Shown here piece by piece: positions 30,538-45,300 of a DNA stretch of 64,000 nt; within the stretch, counting starts at the first letter, position 1; every line of letters begins with the position of its first letter. The stretch lies in assembly GCA_964016885.1 (NCBI GenBank), contig OZ024742.1, forward strand, positions 4,092,001 through 4,156,000, given 5' to 3'. The DNA is from Eledone cirrhosa (lineage: Eukaryota). The translations under genes and the position numbers were made by a program. A model generated the notes under the pieces. It had not been told where the DNA came from. It did not search any database and saw only the letters and a program-made list of their open reading frames with translations.

Positions 30538-32389
30538 CTACCTGGATTTGCGACCGATAGACAGTATTAGCAATATGAAAGACCAATGGAAACATTTGAC
30601 TAAAGTAGATCGACTGTCGATATAATTGTTAAGTAATGTATATTAGTGTGTAATAGAAGCTTAAGCTTACACACACTTACACACATATATATATATATAG
30701 TTTGAAGTGTATGGCATATGTTATTAAACTTGCCACAAAGTAGCACGTCTAGTGTATGAGCATGATCAATTAAATCGACCACAGTATTTCTCAGCTGTTA
30801 ATGATATTAATGCTTCGGGGAAGAATTCAGCCAAGCAAAATTTGACCCCAGTGAGATTTTAGATCTGAAATTTAAAGGATTGAAATGAACAAACAATACA
30901 TGGCATTTTCCCAACATGTTATCAATTTGTCCATCCACTGCCCTTAGGTAATATAGGATATTATCATCAATTTTATACTCGATGAGAAATATCCTCGCTT
31001 CATGTAACAAAATTTTAACATATGTTTAAAATATGAAAATGTTGAATAAAATAAAATTTGGTGGAAAATGCTATCAGTGATATTTAACAAGGGGCAGCAG
31101 AAAGGTTGAGTAACTGATAACCTATAACTGGAAATGTATTGTGTAACTTGTGCCTGACAGGAGAAACCAAACAATTTCTTGCATCTCCAATAATGTTTTA
31201 CATCGTTTACATGAACACTTGGACTACACTCTTGTGCTAAGCTAAGCTAATAGAAGAATGCATTGGGAAACCAGAAAATGACCAACACGGAAGGCTAAAG
31301 GAAAGATGACACATATTCAGTAAACTTTACTAACATTAAAACTAAATATATATCTGACATGGCTACGTGATATCAGCGAAAATATAAAGCTATTTCCACT
31401 AATGACCAATATTATGTATTACTAAAATATATTACATATATTGATTATAGTGGATACATTTATCAAGTAAGACATATAGACATATATGTTAATAAACATA
31501 TATGTCTATATGCTTATATATTATATATACCAGCTTATATATTATATATATATATATATCCAAAATCCACCCCTCACTAATGTTGTCCAACGAAGAGGTA
31601 AAAGCCCTTACTGCTTTGCATCAAATTCATCACAGTTCATTCTTTACTAAACTGTTTGGACTGGAGTAACTTAAACTAATATCATATTCAAGGCCACAAT
31701 CCTCCGCTCTGTTCGGTAATGGAACTCATGCCCTTAATCGCACTAATCCACCAACGTTCATACAAATATACATAGTGTGTGTGTTTTGCTAAATTCAGGT
31801 TTGTTTTACTACAGCATTTGAACTTCTTTTCCAATAAGTATATATACTATATTAAAATAATCCCAAAATGTCTGCTCTATTTAGGTTACAAAATAAAATG
31901 AAAAACACAATCGATATCCATAAGCATGTGTACTTTAAATATTAGTGTTTGATTTATAAAGTATATATTTACATGACCATCACCTTTATATGACTGACAA
32001 GTTAGGTTGGTGTAAATACTCCTGCAAATATAATGCCTATAGTATGTTTTTACTTTCTTGGAAAGTTAAGTATAAAACATGTGTATTTGACATATCTCTT
32101 TCACTAAATTTTCTTTTGCTATGCATGTATGCCTATATATGCCTGTATATATTTATGTATGTCTGAATGTAATTATATCTGTCTGTATGTATACACACAG
32201 TTTATAGGGTCCAATATTTACCAATTTCCTCGATGATTTTATTCAACGGTTCTGTTATTTACTAACGTTTCGCTCTGTTGCCATTAGACGGTTACACACG
32301 AAAGGAAACGATGCAACACATGATCAAATTATTCTGGCATCCCTGACAAATGAACTATGCCTCATAATTGTCTAATGTCTATCTCGAAC

Positions 32390-32620
32390 CCGTTGCTTAT
32401 CCCGGTTTTCGTGACGCCACTGAGATTACAAGATTCACCCATGGATAGGACACCAGTCCATCGCAAAGTAAAACCCCCAGCTATTGCTGATACTAATTTT
32501 TAACTAGGTATAGCGGAGCTACGTGAAATGAAGTATTTTGGTCAAGAACACAACCCAGTCCAGCAATCGAACCCATGGCATTATGATAGTAAGTCCAACA
32601 CCCTTACTACTAGACCACAC
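32390..32620 (-). mobile_element. SINE family B copy
   Basis: Aligns to 30035-30276 (CCAGTCCATCGCAA, CCCCCAGCTATTGCTG, GTGAAATGAAGTATTTTG, AATCGAACCCA). Confidence 0.85.
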
Positions 32621-33682
32621 AATTTCACGTATCATAATTGTTGAGAAAGAAAATAAATGAGGCCTGCGAAGTATTATATGTTGTAGCATTCGTAGGCAAA
32701 ATTTTCTGTATGAAAAAATAACTTTCATAAATTGTCATGCAGCGCTAGAAATATTCAATTCCAATTACATTCATTTGTTTTGCAATAATATACGAATATA
32801 TACTCCTCTCACATAATATATATTTCTACTTTAGAGTTTATTAAATTTTAGTCATAAGCAATACTGAATCAATCTTGAAATAGAAGCTAATCAAATATGC
32901 CGCTCATTTTTCTATATAATCTAAAAGGAACATTTATTATATATATATATATATATATCTGTTATATTTAATATAAATATCTGACAATAATTTGAATATA
33001 TATATCGGAGAGAAATGTATAGATTGGTTTTACATTTCGACGATGGTAGCACATTTGTTGGCAATAATTGATAACATTAGATACACATGTGAGAACAGTG
33101 TGTGTCTTCCTTTTGCAAATATAGTCCACAGATCAAGTATGGATGAAAGAAATTCTGTGAAGGAATTTCAGCAACGTCACAATGAACAAAACCGATTTGA
33201 TTGATGGCATAAGTATTTGATAAATGATACGAAGATTTCATCATATGAGAGACACATATAAAAGCAGAAAGAACGTTGACAATGTAATGGCGCAAGATAG
33301 GATGTCACGTGGAGTTATGTGGTATTTCTAAATATGTAGTTAATAATCAACTGAACACAGCGACATTGCTTTCAATGATGATATCAAAATATAACGCAGA
33401 TTTGACAGCGCTGTTTCCGATCAACTTAGACAACAAAGAGGTGCGTAAACGCTTGTTAAATCGACAAATTTTAATGAGTCTCGTTTCCAACATTAAAGAA
33501 TTTCTTATAATAACATCTCGCCACTTCATACTCCAAATTACCATCTCAATATTGAATTCAACTTAATTTTCCAGTCTTCAACCAGTGTGTCGACGCTATT
33601 ATATTTGAAGCAACGATATAAAAGAACGTCATCTAATTAGAACATAGGAAACAGTTAATACGTACAAATACACACACATATT

Positions 33683-33713
<31 letters not shown>

Positions 33714-33719
<6 letters not shown>

Positions 33720-34310
33720 TATGAAGAGAGAAGGAACATTTAGATATAATTAGTAATAAAATGTATCATACACTCTGGTCGAGTAATCTTTGAAGTGTGG
33801 TGACTGCTGGAAAGCTGCCATTACTCATACTTCTCTCCTCCTTCACCACCTCTTCTACGGCTTCGATATAAATACCCCCTCCGCCTCCGTGGTATTTTCT
33901 TCGGGGTTATAGGAGGCTTAGCTCTGTTTCTCGACCGTTATATCGCGTGACTATCTCCCCCTCCGCCTTTTGGGATTCTTTCTCAGGTCGTGTAGACGCG
34001 TTCTTGAGGCTAGAAAAACGAGGTATCCTCTTGATAAGTCGGCAGACCTCGCAGAGACTCTATATCTTTATGATGTATTGTTTTTGTTTATGCCACGAAA
34101 CTACGTAGTCGAGGAATCTAGGAGCAGTTTAGGTATGATACATTTTATTACTAATTATATCTAAATGTTCCTTCTCTCTTCATAATGTATTTTTAACTCT
34201 GATACTGGTTCAGTCTGGTTCAACCGGATTGGTCTGTCCCAGTCATTCATCGAGCAACATCGGTAAGGTTGGCACCATTAACTCACGGATGGGTGTGGAT
34301 GAATTCATGT
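33714..34310 (+). mobile_element. Non-coding mini-PLE/retrozyme-like element with a perfect 58-bp inverted repeat
   Basis: 33714-33771 is the exact reverse complement of 34133-34190. Contains TATAAATA and a hammerhead, and lies between (TA)n tracts. Confidence 0.75.
34026..34115 (+). ncRNA. Type I hammerhead ribozyme, U3-A8 covariant core
   Basis: TCCTC-TTGATAA-GT(C)GGCA[loop]TGCCAC-GAAA-CTACGTAG-TC-GAGGA, with a palindromic stem III. Predicted cut after C34110. Confidence 0.85.
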
Positions 34311-34346
34311 ATATGTGTGTGTCCGCATGTATCTGTGTGTTTCTAA

Positions 34347-34392
<46 letters not shown>

Positions 34393-34399
34393 CACACAC

Positions 34400-34711
<312 letters not shown>

Positions 34712-35136
34712 TATATATATATATATATATATTTACTTACTCTTGGCGCAGCAGATTTGAAAAAAATTCCCGGTATAAGGTTAGCATTTCTTTGTTTATT
34801 TTATATATATGAATATTTATTGTTCCTTATATCTCATTCTGTTATTTTGCCCGAGAAAATATCTGTATGTGTCATCAAATGTTGTACACACATAGATATT
34901 TTTTCAATTTCCAATTGAGTTCTTAGCACGTGGCCTGAATTCCCTTCAGAGTTCATTGTCACGCGCATGTATTGTTTTTTTTTGGCGGTAATTCACTTCC
35001 TCATTTTTTTTAATCAGTTCGAGCACTTCTTTCAGAACTGCTGGACTGGCAACCTGACAGATACCTCAGGCAGAGAAAGTGATTATCGCTAAATGCTGAT
35101 GTTGGTTAGATTATCAATATTAGTATTATTGGGGCA

Positions 35137-35263
35137 CCCACTGATGAATTATAAGAGCCCACTTGAATATATATCTATTGATGGTATACAAGCTCCTACA
35201 TAAATTGGTATAATTTCACCCAAATTGTAGGAATCCTATAATGAAACGAGACGTCCGTCTGGG
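35137..35263 (+). ncRNA. Type I hammerhead ribozyme, canonical core, with an enlarged branched stem II
   Basis: CCCA-CTGATGA-ATTATA[about 80 nt, two hairpins]TATAAT-GAAA-CG(AGACGTC)CG-TC-TGGG. Confidence 0.78.
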
Positions 35264-35438
35264 AAGAGATATATTAGATATGTCTCATTTGAAATAATAC
35301 AGCCAATTTTCCACGCAATACTTTTAGTTAGCACCCCGAACACATAATTGGGAATATAATCACTTATTTCCTAATGTTTGTTGAGTGAGTTGGAATTTGG
35401 CCGGAGTATCGCTAAAAAGCTTTCTCCGATATTGTATT

Positions 35439-35511
<73 letters not shown>

Positions 35512-36116
35512 TATATAAATATATATACAAACGCATATACATATAAATAAATATATCTACACATGAGTATATATATATAAACATATAACTATACACCCAC
35601 TAATACTTTTATATAACTGACGCATATGAACCAAGCAGATATTGTTTTTGTGAAAGTGATTATTCCTTACAATTGTTTCCTTATTAAACCCCATTCACAT
35701 GAGCGGCGATGAATCTTCCGTTGGTTTCGACCACATGAGAACTCAGGTCATTGTTTAAAGTGTAAGCATTGGAGAATCTAATTCCCATATACACGTGGAA
35801 CATTATTTTCTAAATATAAATATATACATGTGGTTGGGAGAGAGAGCGTGTGTGTGGGTGTATGTGTGTACGTGTGTGTTTGTGTGAGTGTATTTTTATA
35901 TTTGTGCTTACTAGTATGAAACTATACTTGAGTTGCGTCCCTTTATCCCAAAAGTAAAACGAACGACTGAAAGATTCGATAAAGTGTAATCCTAGGAGAC
36001 TGTAATATTTCCTGGAGTTGATGTTACAGTATGGGCGTTGCTCAAATACAGAAAACAGTAAAATGGTAATTAATTACCAAAAACTATGATATGAATGTGT
36101 TAGGTAGAGAAAACCA

Positions 36117-36372
36117 AGGATGATCGTTGACGTCTGGTGGGAAGACATTACCAACAAAGAAGACCATCAACGACCCCAATAACATGTGTCTAACATCACG
36201 TGAAAGCGTCGACGGGTGGGGCACATCACACGACTCACAAGTGAGAATCATGCTAATCAAGTCCTGTATTGGTACTGCTCCTGGAAAATAGGCGAAGAGG
36301 ACGTCCTAAGATGTACTGGAGGCAAACACTAGACAAACACCTGAAATCCCTCAACAAAAGCTGGAACGATGT
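36117..36372 (+). mobile_element. RTE-clade LINE, C-terminal ORF2 fragment (left part, runs into the satellite)
   Basis: VWWED.ITNKE...RVGHITR...ANQVLYW...RRRGRPKMYWRQTLDKHLKSLNKSWNDV, with frameshifts. Confidence 0.8.
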
Positions 36373-39300
36373 ATTGATAGATGCAACTGACCGTGGTCAG
36401 TAGAGCACCATGGCTGTCACATTGATAGATGCAACTGACCATGGTCATTAGAGCATCACGGCTGTCACATTGATAGATGCAACTGACCGTAGTCAGTAGA
36501 GCACCATGGCTGTCACATTGATAGATGCAACTGACTGGTCATTAGAGCACCATGGCTGTCACATTGATAGATGCAACTGACCGTGGTCATTAGAGCACCA
36601 CGGCTGTCACATTGATAGATGCAACTGGCCGTAGTCAGTAGAGCACCATGGCTGTCACATTGATAGATGCAACTGACTGGTCATTAGAGCACCATGGCTG
36701 TCACATTGATAGATGCAATTGACCGTGGTCAGTAGAGCACCATGGCTGTCACATTGATAGATGCAACTGACTGTGGTCATTAGAGCACCATGGCTGTCAC
36801 ATTGATAGATGCAACTGACCGTTGTCATTAGAGCACCATGGCTGTCACATTGATAGATGCAACTGACTGTGGTCAGTAGAGCACCATGGCTGTCACATTG
36901 ATAGATGCAACTGACCGTGGTCATTACAGCACCATGGCAGTCACATTGATAGATGCAACTGACCGTGGTCATTAGAGCACCATGGCTGTCACATTGATAG
37001 ATGCAACTGACCGTGGTCAGTAGAGCACCATGGATGTCACATTGATAGATGCAACTGACCGTAGTCAGTAGAGCACCATGGCTGTCACATTGATAGATGC
37101 AACTGACCGTGGTCAGTAGAGCACCATGGCTGTCACATTGATAGATGCAACTGACTGTGGTCATTACAGCACCATGGCTGTCACATTGATAGATGCAACT
37201 GACCGTGGTCAGTAGAGCACCATGGCTGTCACATTGATAGATGCAACTGACCGTGGTCAGTAGAGCACCATGGCTGTCACATTGATAGATGCAACTGACC
37301 GTGGTCATTAGAGCACCATGGCTGTCACATTGATAGATGCAACTGACCGTGGTCAGTAGAGCACCATGGCTGTCACATTGATAGATGCAACTGACCGTGG
37401 TCAGTAGAGCACCATGGCTGTCACATTGATAGATGCAACTGACTGTGGTCAGTAGAGCACCATGGCTGTCACATTGATAGATGCAACTGACCGTGGTCAT
37501 TACAGCACCATGGCTGTCACATTGATAGATGCAACTGACCATGGTCAGTAGAGCACCATAGCTGTCACATTGATAGATGCAACTGACCGTGGTCAGTAGA
37601 GCACCATGGCTGTCACATTGATAGATGCAACTGGCCGTGGTCAGTAGAACACCATGTCTGTCACATTGATAGATGCAACTGACCGTGGTCAGTAGAGCAC
37701 CATGGCTGTCACATTGATAGATGCAACTGACCGTGGTCAGTAGAGCACCATGACTGTCACATTGATAGATGCAACTGACCGTGGTCAGTAGAGCACCATG
37801 GCTGTCACAATGATAGATGAAACTGACCGTGGTCAGTAGAGCACCATGGCTGTCACAATGATAGATGCACCTGACCGTGGTCAGTAGAGCACCATGGCTG
37901 TCACATTGATAGATGCAACTGACCGTGGTCAGTAGAGCACCATGGCTGTCACATTGATAGATGCAACTGACCGTGGTCAGTAGAGCACCATGGCTGTCAC
38001 AATGATAGATGCAACTGACCGTGGTCAGTAGAGCACCATGGCTGTCACATTGTTAGATGCAACTGACCGTGGTCATTACAGCACCATGGCTGTCACATTG
38101 ATAGATGCAACTGACCGTGGTCATTACAGCACCATGGCTGTCACATTGATAGATGCAACTGACCGTGGTCAGTAGAGCACCATGGCTGTCACATTGATAG
38201 ATGCAACTGACCGTGGTCAGTAGAGCACCATGGCTGTCACAATGATAGATGCAACTGACCGTGGTCAGTAGAGCACCATGGCTGTCACATTGATAGATGC
38301 AACTGACCGTGGTCATTACAGCACCATGGCTGTCACATTGATAGATGCAACTGACCGTAGTCATTAGAGCACCATGGCTGTCACATTGATAGATGCAACT
38401 GACCGTGGTCATTACAGCACCATGGCTGTCACATTGATAGATGCAACTGACCGTGGTCAGTAGAGCACCATGGTTGTCACATTGATAGATGCAACTGACC
38501 GTGGTCATTACAGCACCATGGCTGTCACATTGATAGATGCAACTGACCGTGGTCAGTAGAGCACCATGGTTGTCACATTGATAGATGCAATTGACCGTAG
38601 TCATTACAGCACCATGGCTGTCACATTGATAGATGCAACTGACCGTTGTCATTACAGCACCATGGCTGTCACAATGATAGATGCAACTGACCGTGGTCAG
38701 TAGAGCACCATGGCTGTCACATTGATAGATGCAACTGACTGTGGTCAGTAGAGCACCATGGTTGTCACATTGAGAGATGCAATTAACCGTGGTCATTAGA
38801 GCACCATGGATGTCACAATGATAGATGCAACTGACTGTGGTCAGTAGAGCACCATGGTTGTCACATTGATAGATGCAACTGACTGTGGTCAGTAGAGCAC
38901 CATGGTTGTCACATTGATAGAGGCAATTGACCGTGGTCATTAGAGCACCATGGTTGTCACATTGATAGATGCAACTGACTGTGGTCAGTAGAGCACCATG
39001 GTTGTCACATTGATAGATGCAACTGACTGTGGTCAGTAGAGCACCATGGTTGTCACATTGATAGATGCAATTGACCGTGGTCATTAGAGCACCATCGCTG
39101 TCACATTGATAGATGCAACTGACTGTGGTCAGTAGAGCACCATGGTTGTCACATTGATAGATGCAACTGACCGTGGTCATTACAGCACCATGGATGTCAC
39201 AATGATAGATGCAACTGACCGTGGTCATTACAGCACTATGGCTGTCACATTGATAGATGCAACTGACTGTGGTCAGTAGAGCACCATGGTTGTCACATTG

Positions 39301-42300
39301 ATAGATGCAATTGACCGTGGTCATTAGAGCACCATGGCTGTCACATTGATAGATGCAACTGACCGTGGTCATTAGAGCATCATGTAAGTCACATTGATAG
39401 ATGCAACTGACCGTGGTCAGTAGAGCACCATGGCTGTCACATTGATAGATGCAACTGACCGTGGTCAGTAGAGCACCATGGTTGTCACATTGATAGATGC
39501 AACTGACTGTGGTCAGTAGAGCACCATGGTTGTCACATTGATAGATGCAATTGACCGTGGTCATTAGAGCACCATGGATGTCACATTGATAGATGCAACT
39601 GACCGTGGTCATTACAGCACCATGGCTGTCACATTGATAGATGCAACTGACCGTGGTCATTAGAGCACCATGGCTGTCACATTGATAGATGCAACTGACC
39701 GTGGTCATTAGAGCACCATGGCTGTCATATTGATAGATGCAACTGACCGTGGTCATTAGAGCACCATGGCTGTCACATTGATAGATGCAACTGACCGTGG
39801 TCAGTAGAGCACCATGGCTGTCACATTGATAGATGCAACTGACCGTGGTCAGTAGAGCACCATGGCAGTCACATTGATAGATGCAACTGACAGTGGTCAT
39901 TACAGCACCATGGCTGTCACATTGATAGATGCAACTGACCGTGGTCAGTAGAGCACCATGACTGTCACATTGATAGATGCAACTTACCGTGGTCAGTAGA
40001 ACACCATGGCTGTCACATTGATAGATGCAATTGACCGTGGTCATTACAGCACCATGGCTGTCACATTGATAGATGCAACTGACCGTGGTCATTACAGCAC
40101 CATGGCTGTCACATTGATAGATGCAACTGACCGTAGTCATTAGAGCACCATGGCTGTCACATTGATAGATGCAATTGACCGTGGTCAGTAGAGCACCATG
40201 CCTGTCACATTGATAGATGCAACTGACCGTGGTCATTACAGCACCATGGCTGTCACAATGATAGATGCAACTGACCGTAGTCATTACAGCACCATGGCTG
40301 TCACATTGATAGATGCAACTGACCGTGGTCAGTAGTGCACTATGGCTGTCACAATGATAGATGCAACTGACCGTGGTCAGTAGAGCACCATGGCTGTCAC
40401 AATGATAGATGCACCTGACCGTGGTCAGTAGAGCACCATGGCTGTCACATTGATAGATGCAACTGACCGTGGTCAGTAGAGCACCATGGCTGTCACATTG
40501 ATAGATGCAACTGACCGTGGTCAGTAGAGCACCATGGCTGTCACAATGATAGATGCAACTGACCGTGGTCAGTAGAGCACCATGGCTGTCACATTGATAG
40601 ATGCAACTGACCCTGGTCATTACAGCACCATGGCTGTCACATTGATAGATGCAACTGACCGTAGTCATTAGAGCACCATGGCTGTTACATTGATAGATGC
40701 AACTGACCGTGGTCATTACAGCACCATGGCTGTCACATTGATAGATGCAACTGACCGTGGTCAGTAGAGCACCATGGTTGTAACATTGATAGATGCAATT
40801 GACCGTGGTCATTAGAGCACCATGGATGTCACAATGATAGATGCAACTGACCGTGGTCAGTAGAGCAGCATGGTTGTCACATTGATAGATGCAACTGACC
40901 GTGGTCATTACAGCACCATGGCTGTCACATTGATAAATGCAACTGACCGTGGTCAGTAGAGCACCATGGCTGTCACATTGATAGATGCAACTGACCGTGG
41001 TCAGTAGAGCACCATGGCTGTCACAATGATAGATGCAACTGACCGTGGTCAGTAGAGCACCATGGCTGTCACATTGATAGATGCAACTGACCGTGGTCAT
41101 TACAGCACCATGGCTGTCACATTGATAGATGCAACTGACCGTAGTCATTAGAGCACCATGGCTGTCACATTGATAGATGCAACTGACCGTGGTCATTACA
41201 GCACCATGGCTGTCACATTGATAGATGCAACTGACCGTGGTCAGTAGAGCACCATGGTTGTCACATTGATAGATGCAACTGACCGTGGTCATTACAGCAC
41301 CATGGCTGTCACATTGATAGATGCAACTGACCGTAGTCATTAGAGCACCATGGCTGTCACATTGATAGATGCAACTGACCGTGGTCATTACAGCACCATG
41401 GCTGTCACATTGATAGATGCAACTGACCGTGGTCAGGAGAGCACCATGGTTGTCACATTGATAGATGCAATTGACCGTGGTCATTAGAGCACCATGGATG
41501 TCACATTGATAGATGCAACTGACCGTGGTCAGTAGAGCACCATGGTTGTCACATTGATAGATGCAACTGACCGTGGTCATTATAGCACCATGGCTGTCAC
41601 ATTGATAGATGCAACTGACCGTGGTCAGTAGAGCACCATGGTTGTCACATTGATAGATGCAATTGACCGTAGTCATTACAGCACCATGGCTGTCACATTG
41701 ATAGATGCAACTGACCGTTGTCATTACAGCACCATGGCTGTCACAATGATAGATGCAACTGACTGTGGTCAGTAGAGCACCATGGCTGTCACATTGATAG
41801 ATGCAACTGAGTGTGGTTAGTAGAGCACCATGGTTGTCACATTGATAGATGCAACTGACTGTGGTCAGTAGAGCACCATGGTTGTCACATTGATAGATGC
41901 AATTGACCGTGGTCATTAGAGCACCATGGTTGTCACATTGATAGATGCAACTGACTGTGGTCAGTAGAGCACCATGGTTGTCACATTGATAGATGCAACT
42001 GACTGTGGTCAGTAGAACACCATGGTTGTCACATTGATAGATGCAATTGACCGTGGTCATTAGAGCACCATGGCTGTCACATTGATAGAAGCAACTGACT
42101 GTGGTCAGTAGAGCACCATGGTTGTCACATTGATAGATCCAACTGACTGTGGTCAGTAGAGCACCATGGCTGTCACATTGATAGATGCAACTGACTGTGG
42201 TCAGTAGAGCACCATGGTTGTCACATTGATAGATGCAACTGACCGTGGTCATTACAGCACCATGGATGTCACAATGATAGATGCAACTGACCGTGGTCAT

Positions 42301-45300
42301 TACAGCACCATGGCTGTCACATTGATAGATGCAACTGACTGTGGTCAGTAGAGCACCATGGTTGTCACATTGATAGATGCAACTGACCGTGGTCATTAGA
42401 GCACCATGGCTCTCACATTGATAGATGCAACTGACCGTGGTCATTACAGCATCATGGAGGTCACATTGATAGATGCAACTGACCGTGGTCAGTAGAGCAC
42501 CATGGCTGTCACATTGATAGATGCAACTGACCGTGGTCATTACAGCACCATGGCTGTCACATTGATAGATGCAACTGACCGTGGTCATTAGAGCACCATG
42601 GCTGTCACATTGATAGATGCAACTGACCGTGGTCAGTAGAGCATCACGGCTGTCACATTGATAGATGCACCTGACCGTGGTCAGTAGAGCCCCATGGCTG
42701 TCACATTGATAGATGCAACTGACTGTGGTCATTAGAACACCATGTCTGTCACATTGATAGATGCAACTGACCGTGGTCAGTAGAGCATCACGGCTGTCAT
42801 ATTGATAGATGCACCTGACCGTGGTCAGTAGAGCACCATGGCTGTCACATTGATAGATGCAACTGACCGTGGTCATTAGAGCATCACGGCTGTCACATTG
42901 ATATATGCAACTGACCGTGGTCAGTAGAGCACCATGGCTGTCACATTGATAGATGCAATTGACCGTGGTCATTAGAGCACCATGGCTGTCACATTGATAG
43001 ATGCAACTGACCGTGGTCAGTAGAGCACCATGGCTGTCACATTGATAGATGCAACTGACCGTGGTCAGTAGAGCACCATGGCTGTCACATTGATAGATGC
43101 AATTTACCGTGGTCATTAGAGCACCATGGCTGTCACATTGATAGTTGCATCTGACCGTGGTCAGTAGAGCACCATGGCTGTCACAATGATAGATGCAGCT
43201 GACCGTGGTCATTAGAGCACCATGGCTGTCACATTGATAGATGCAACTGACCGTGGTCAGTAGAGCACCATGGCTGTCACATTGATAGATGCAATTGACC
43301 GTGGTCATTAGAGCACCATGGCTGTCACATTGATAGATGCAACTGACCGTGGTCAGTAGAGCACCATGGCTGTCACATTGATAGATGCAACTGACCGTGG
43401 TCATTATAGAACCATGGATGTCACATTGATAGATGCAACTCACTGTGGTCAGTAGAGCACCATGGCTGTCACATTGATAGATGCAATTGACCGTGGTCAG
43501 TAGAGCATCACGGCTGTCACATTGATAGATGCAACTGACTGTGGTCATTAGAACACCATGGCTGTCACATTGATAGATGCACCTGACCGTGGTCAGTAGA
43601 GCACCATGGCTGTCACATTGATAGATGCAACTGACTGTGGTCATTAGAACACCATGGCTGTCACATTGATAGATGCAACTGACCGTGGTCATTAGAGCAT
43701 CACGGCTGTCACATTGATATATGCAACTGACTGTGGTCATTACAGCACCATGGCTGTCATATTGATAGATGCAACTGACCGTGGTCATTAGAGCACCATG
43801 GCTGTCACATTGATAGATGCAACTGACCGTGGTCAGTAGAGCATCACGGCTGTCACATTGATATATGCAACTGACCGAGGTCATTAGAACACCATGGCTG
43901 TCACATTGATAGATGCAACTGACCGTGGTCAGTAGAGCATCACGGCTGTCACATTGATAGATGCACCTTACCGTGGTCAGTAGAGCACCATGGCTGTCAC
44001 ATTGATAGATGCAACTGACCGTGGTCATTAGAGCATCACGGCTGTCACATTGATATATGCAACTGACCGTGGTCAGTAGAGCACCATGTCTGTCACATTG
44101 ATAGATGCAACTGACCGTGGTCATTACAGCACCATGGCTGTCACATTGATAGATGCAACTGACCGTGGTCATTACAGCACCATGGCTGTCACATTGATAG
44201 ATGCACCTGACCGTGGTCATTACAGCACCATGGCTGTCACATTGATAGATGCAACTGACCGTGGTCATTACAGCACCATGGCTGTCACATTGATAGATGC
44301 AACTGACCGTGGTCATTACAGCACCATGGCTGTCAGATTGATAGATGCAACTGACCGTGGTCATTAGAGCATCACGGCTGTCACATTGATAGATGCAACT
44401 GACTGTGGTCATTACAGCGCCATGGCTGTCACATTGATAGATGCAACTGACCGTGGTCATTACAGCACCATGGCTGTCACATTGATAGATGCAACTGACC
44501 GTGGTCATTACAGCACCATGGCTGTCACATTGATAGATGCAACTGACCGTGGTCATTACAGCACCATGGCTGTCACATTGATAGATGCAACTGACCGTGG
44601 TCATTACAGCACCATGGCTGTCACATTGATAGATGCAACTGACCGTGGTCATTAGAGCATCACGGCTGTCACATTGATAGATGCAACTGACCGTGGTCAT
44701 TACAGCACCATGGCTGTCACATTGATAGATGCAACTGACCGTGGTCATTACAGCACCATGGCTGTCACAATGATAGATGCAACTGACCGTGGTCAGTAGA
44801 GCACCATGGCTGTCACATTGATAGATGCAACTGACCGTGGTCATTACAGCACCATGGCTGTCACAATGATAGATGCAACTGACCGTGGTCAGTAGAGCAC
44901 CATGGCTGTCACATTGATAGATGCAACTGACCGTGGTCAGTAGAGCACCATGGCTGTCACATTGATAGATGCAACTGACCGTGGTCATTAGAGCACCATG
45001 GATGTCACATTGATAGATGCAATTGACCGTGGTCATTAGAGCACCATGGCTGTCACATTGATAGATGCAACTGACCGTGGTCATTAGAGCCTCACGGCTG
45101 TCAAATTGATAGATGCAACTGACCGTGGTCATTACAGCACCATGGCTGTCACATTGATAGATGCAACTGACCGTGGTCATTACAGCACCATGGCTGTCAC
45201 ATTGATAGATGCAACTGACCGTGGTCATTAGAGCACCATGGAGGTCACATTGATAGATGCAACTGACCGTGGTCATTAGAGCACCATGGCTGTCACATTG

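Noticed and set aside
30800-33620. Short ORFs in unique AT-rich sequence (30807-31174, 32992-33566)
   Set aside because: No recognisable domain. They could be old transposon debris but cannot be supported without a search.
35705-35760. Minus-strand GACC..GGTC-GAAA-CC..GG hammerhead-like stretch
   Set aside because: No CUGANGA-type core and no UH cleavage site.
36410-36432. CTGTCA (Meis/TALE) next to TGATAGAT (Pbx-Hox or GATA-like) in every 48-bp monomer
   Set aside because: Short motifs expected by chance and juxtaposed by the monomer junction. There is no evidence of binding without ChIP data.
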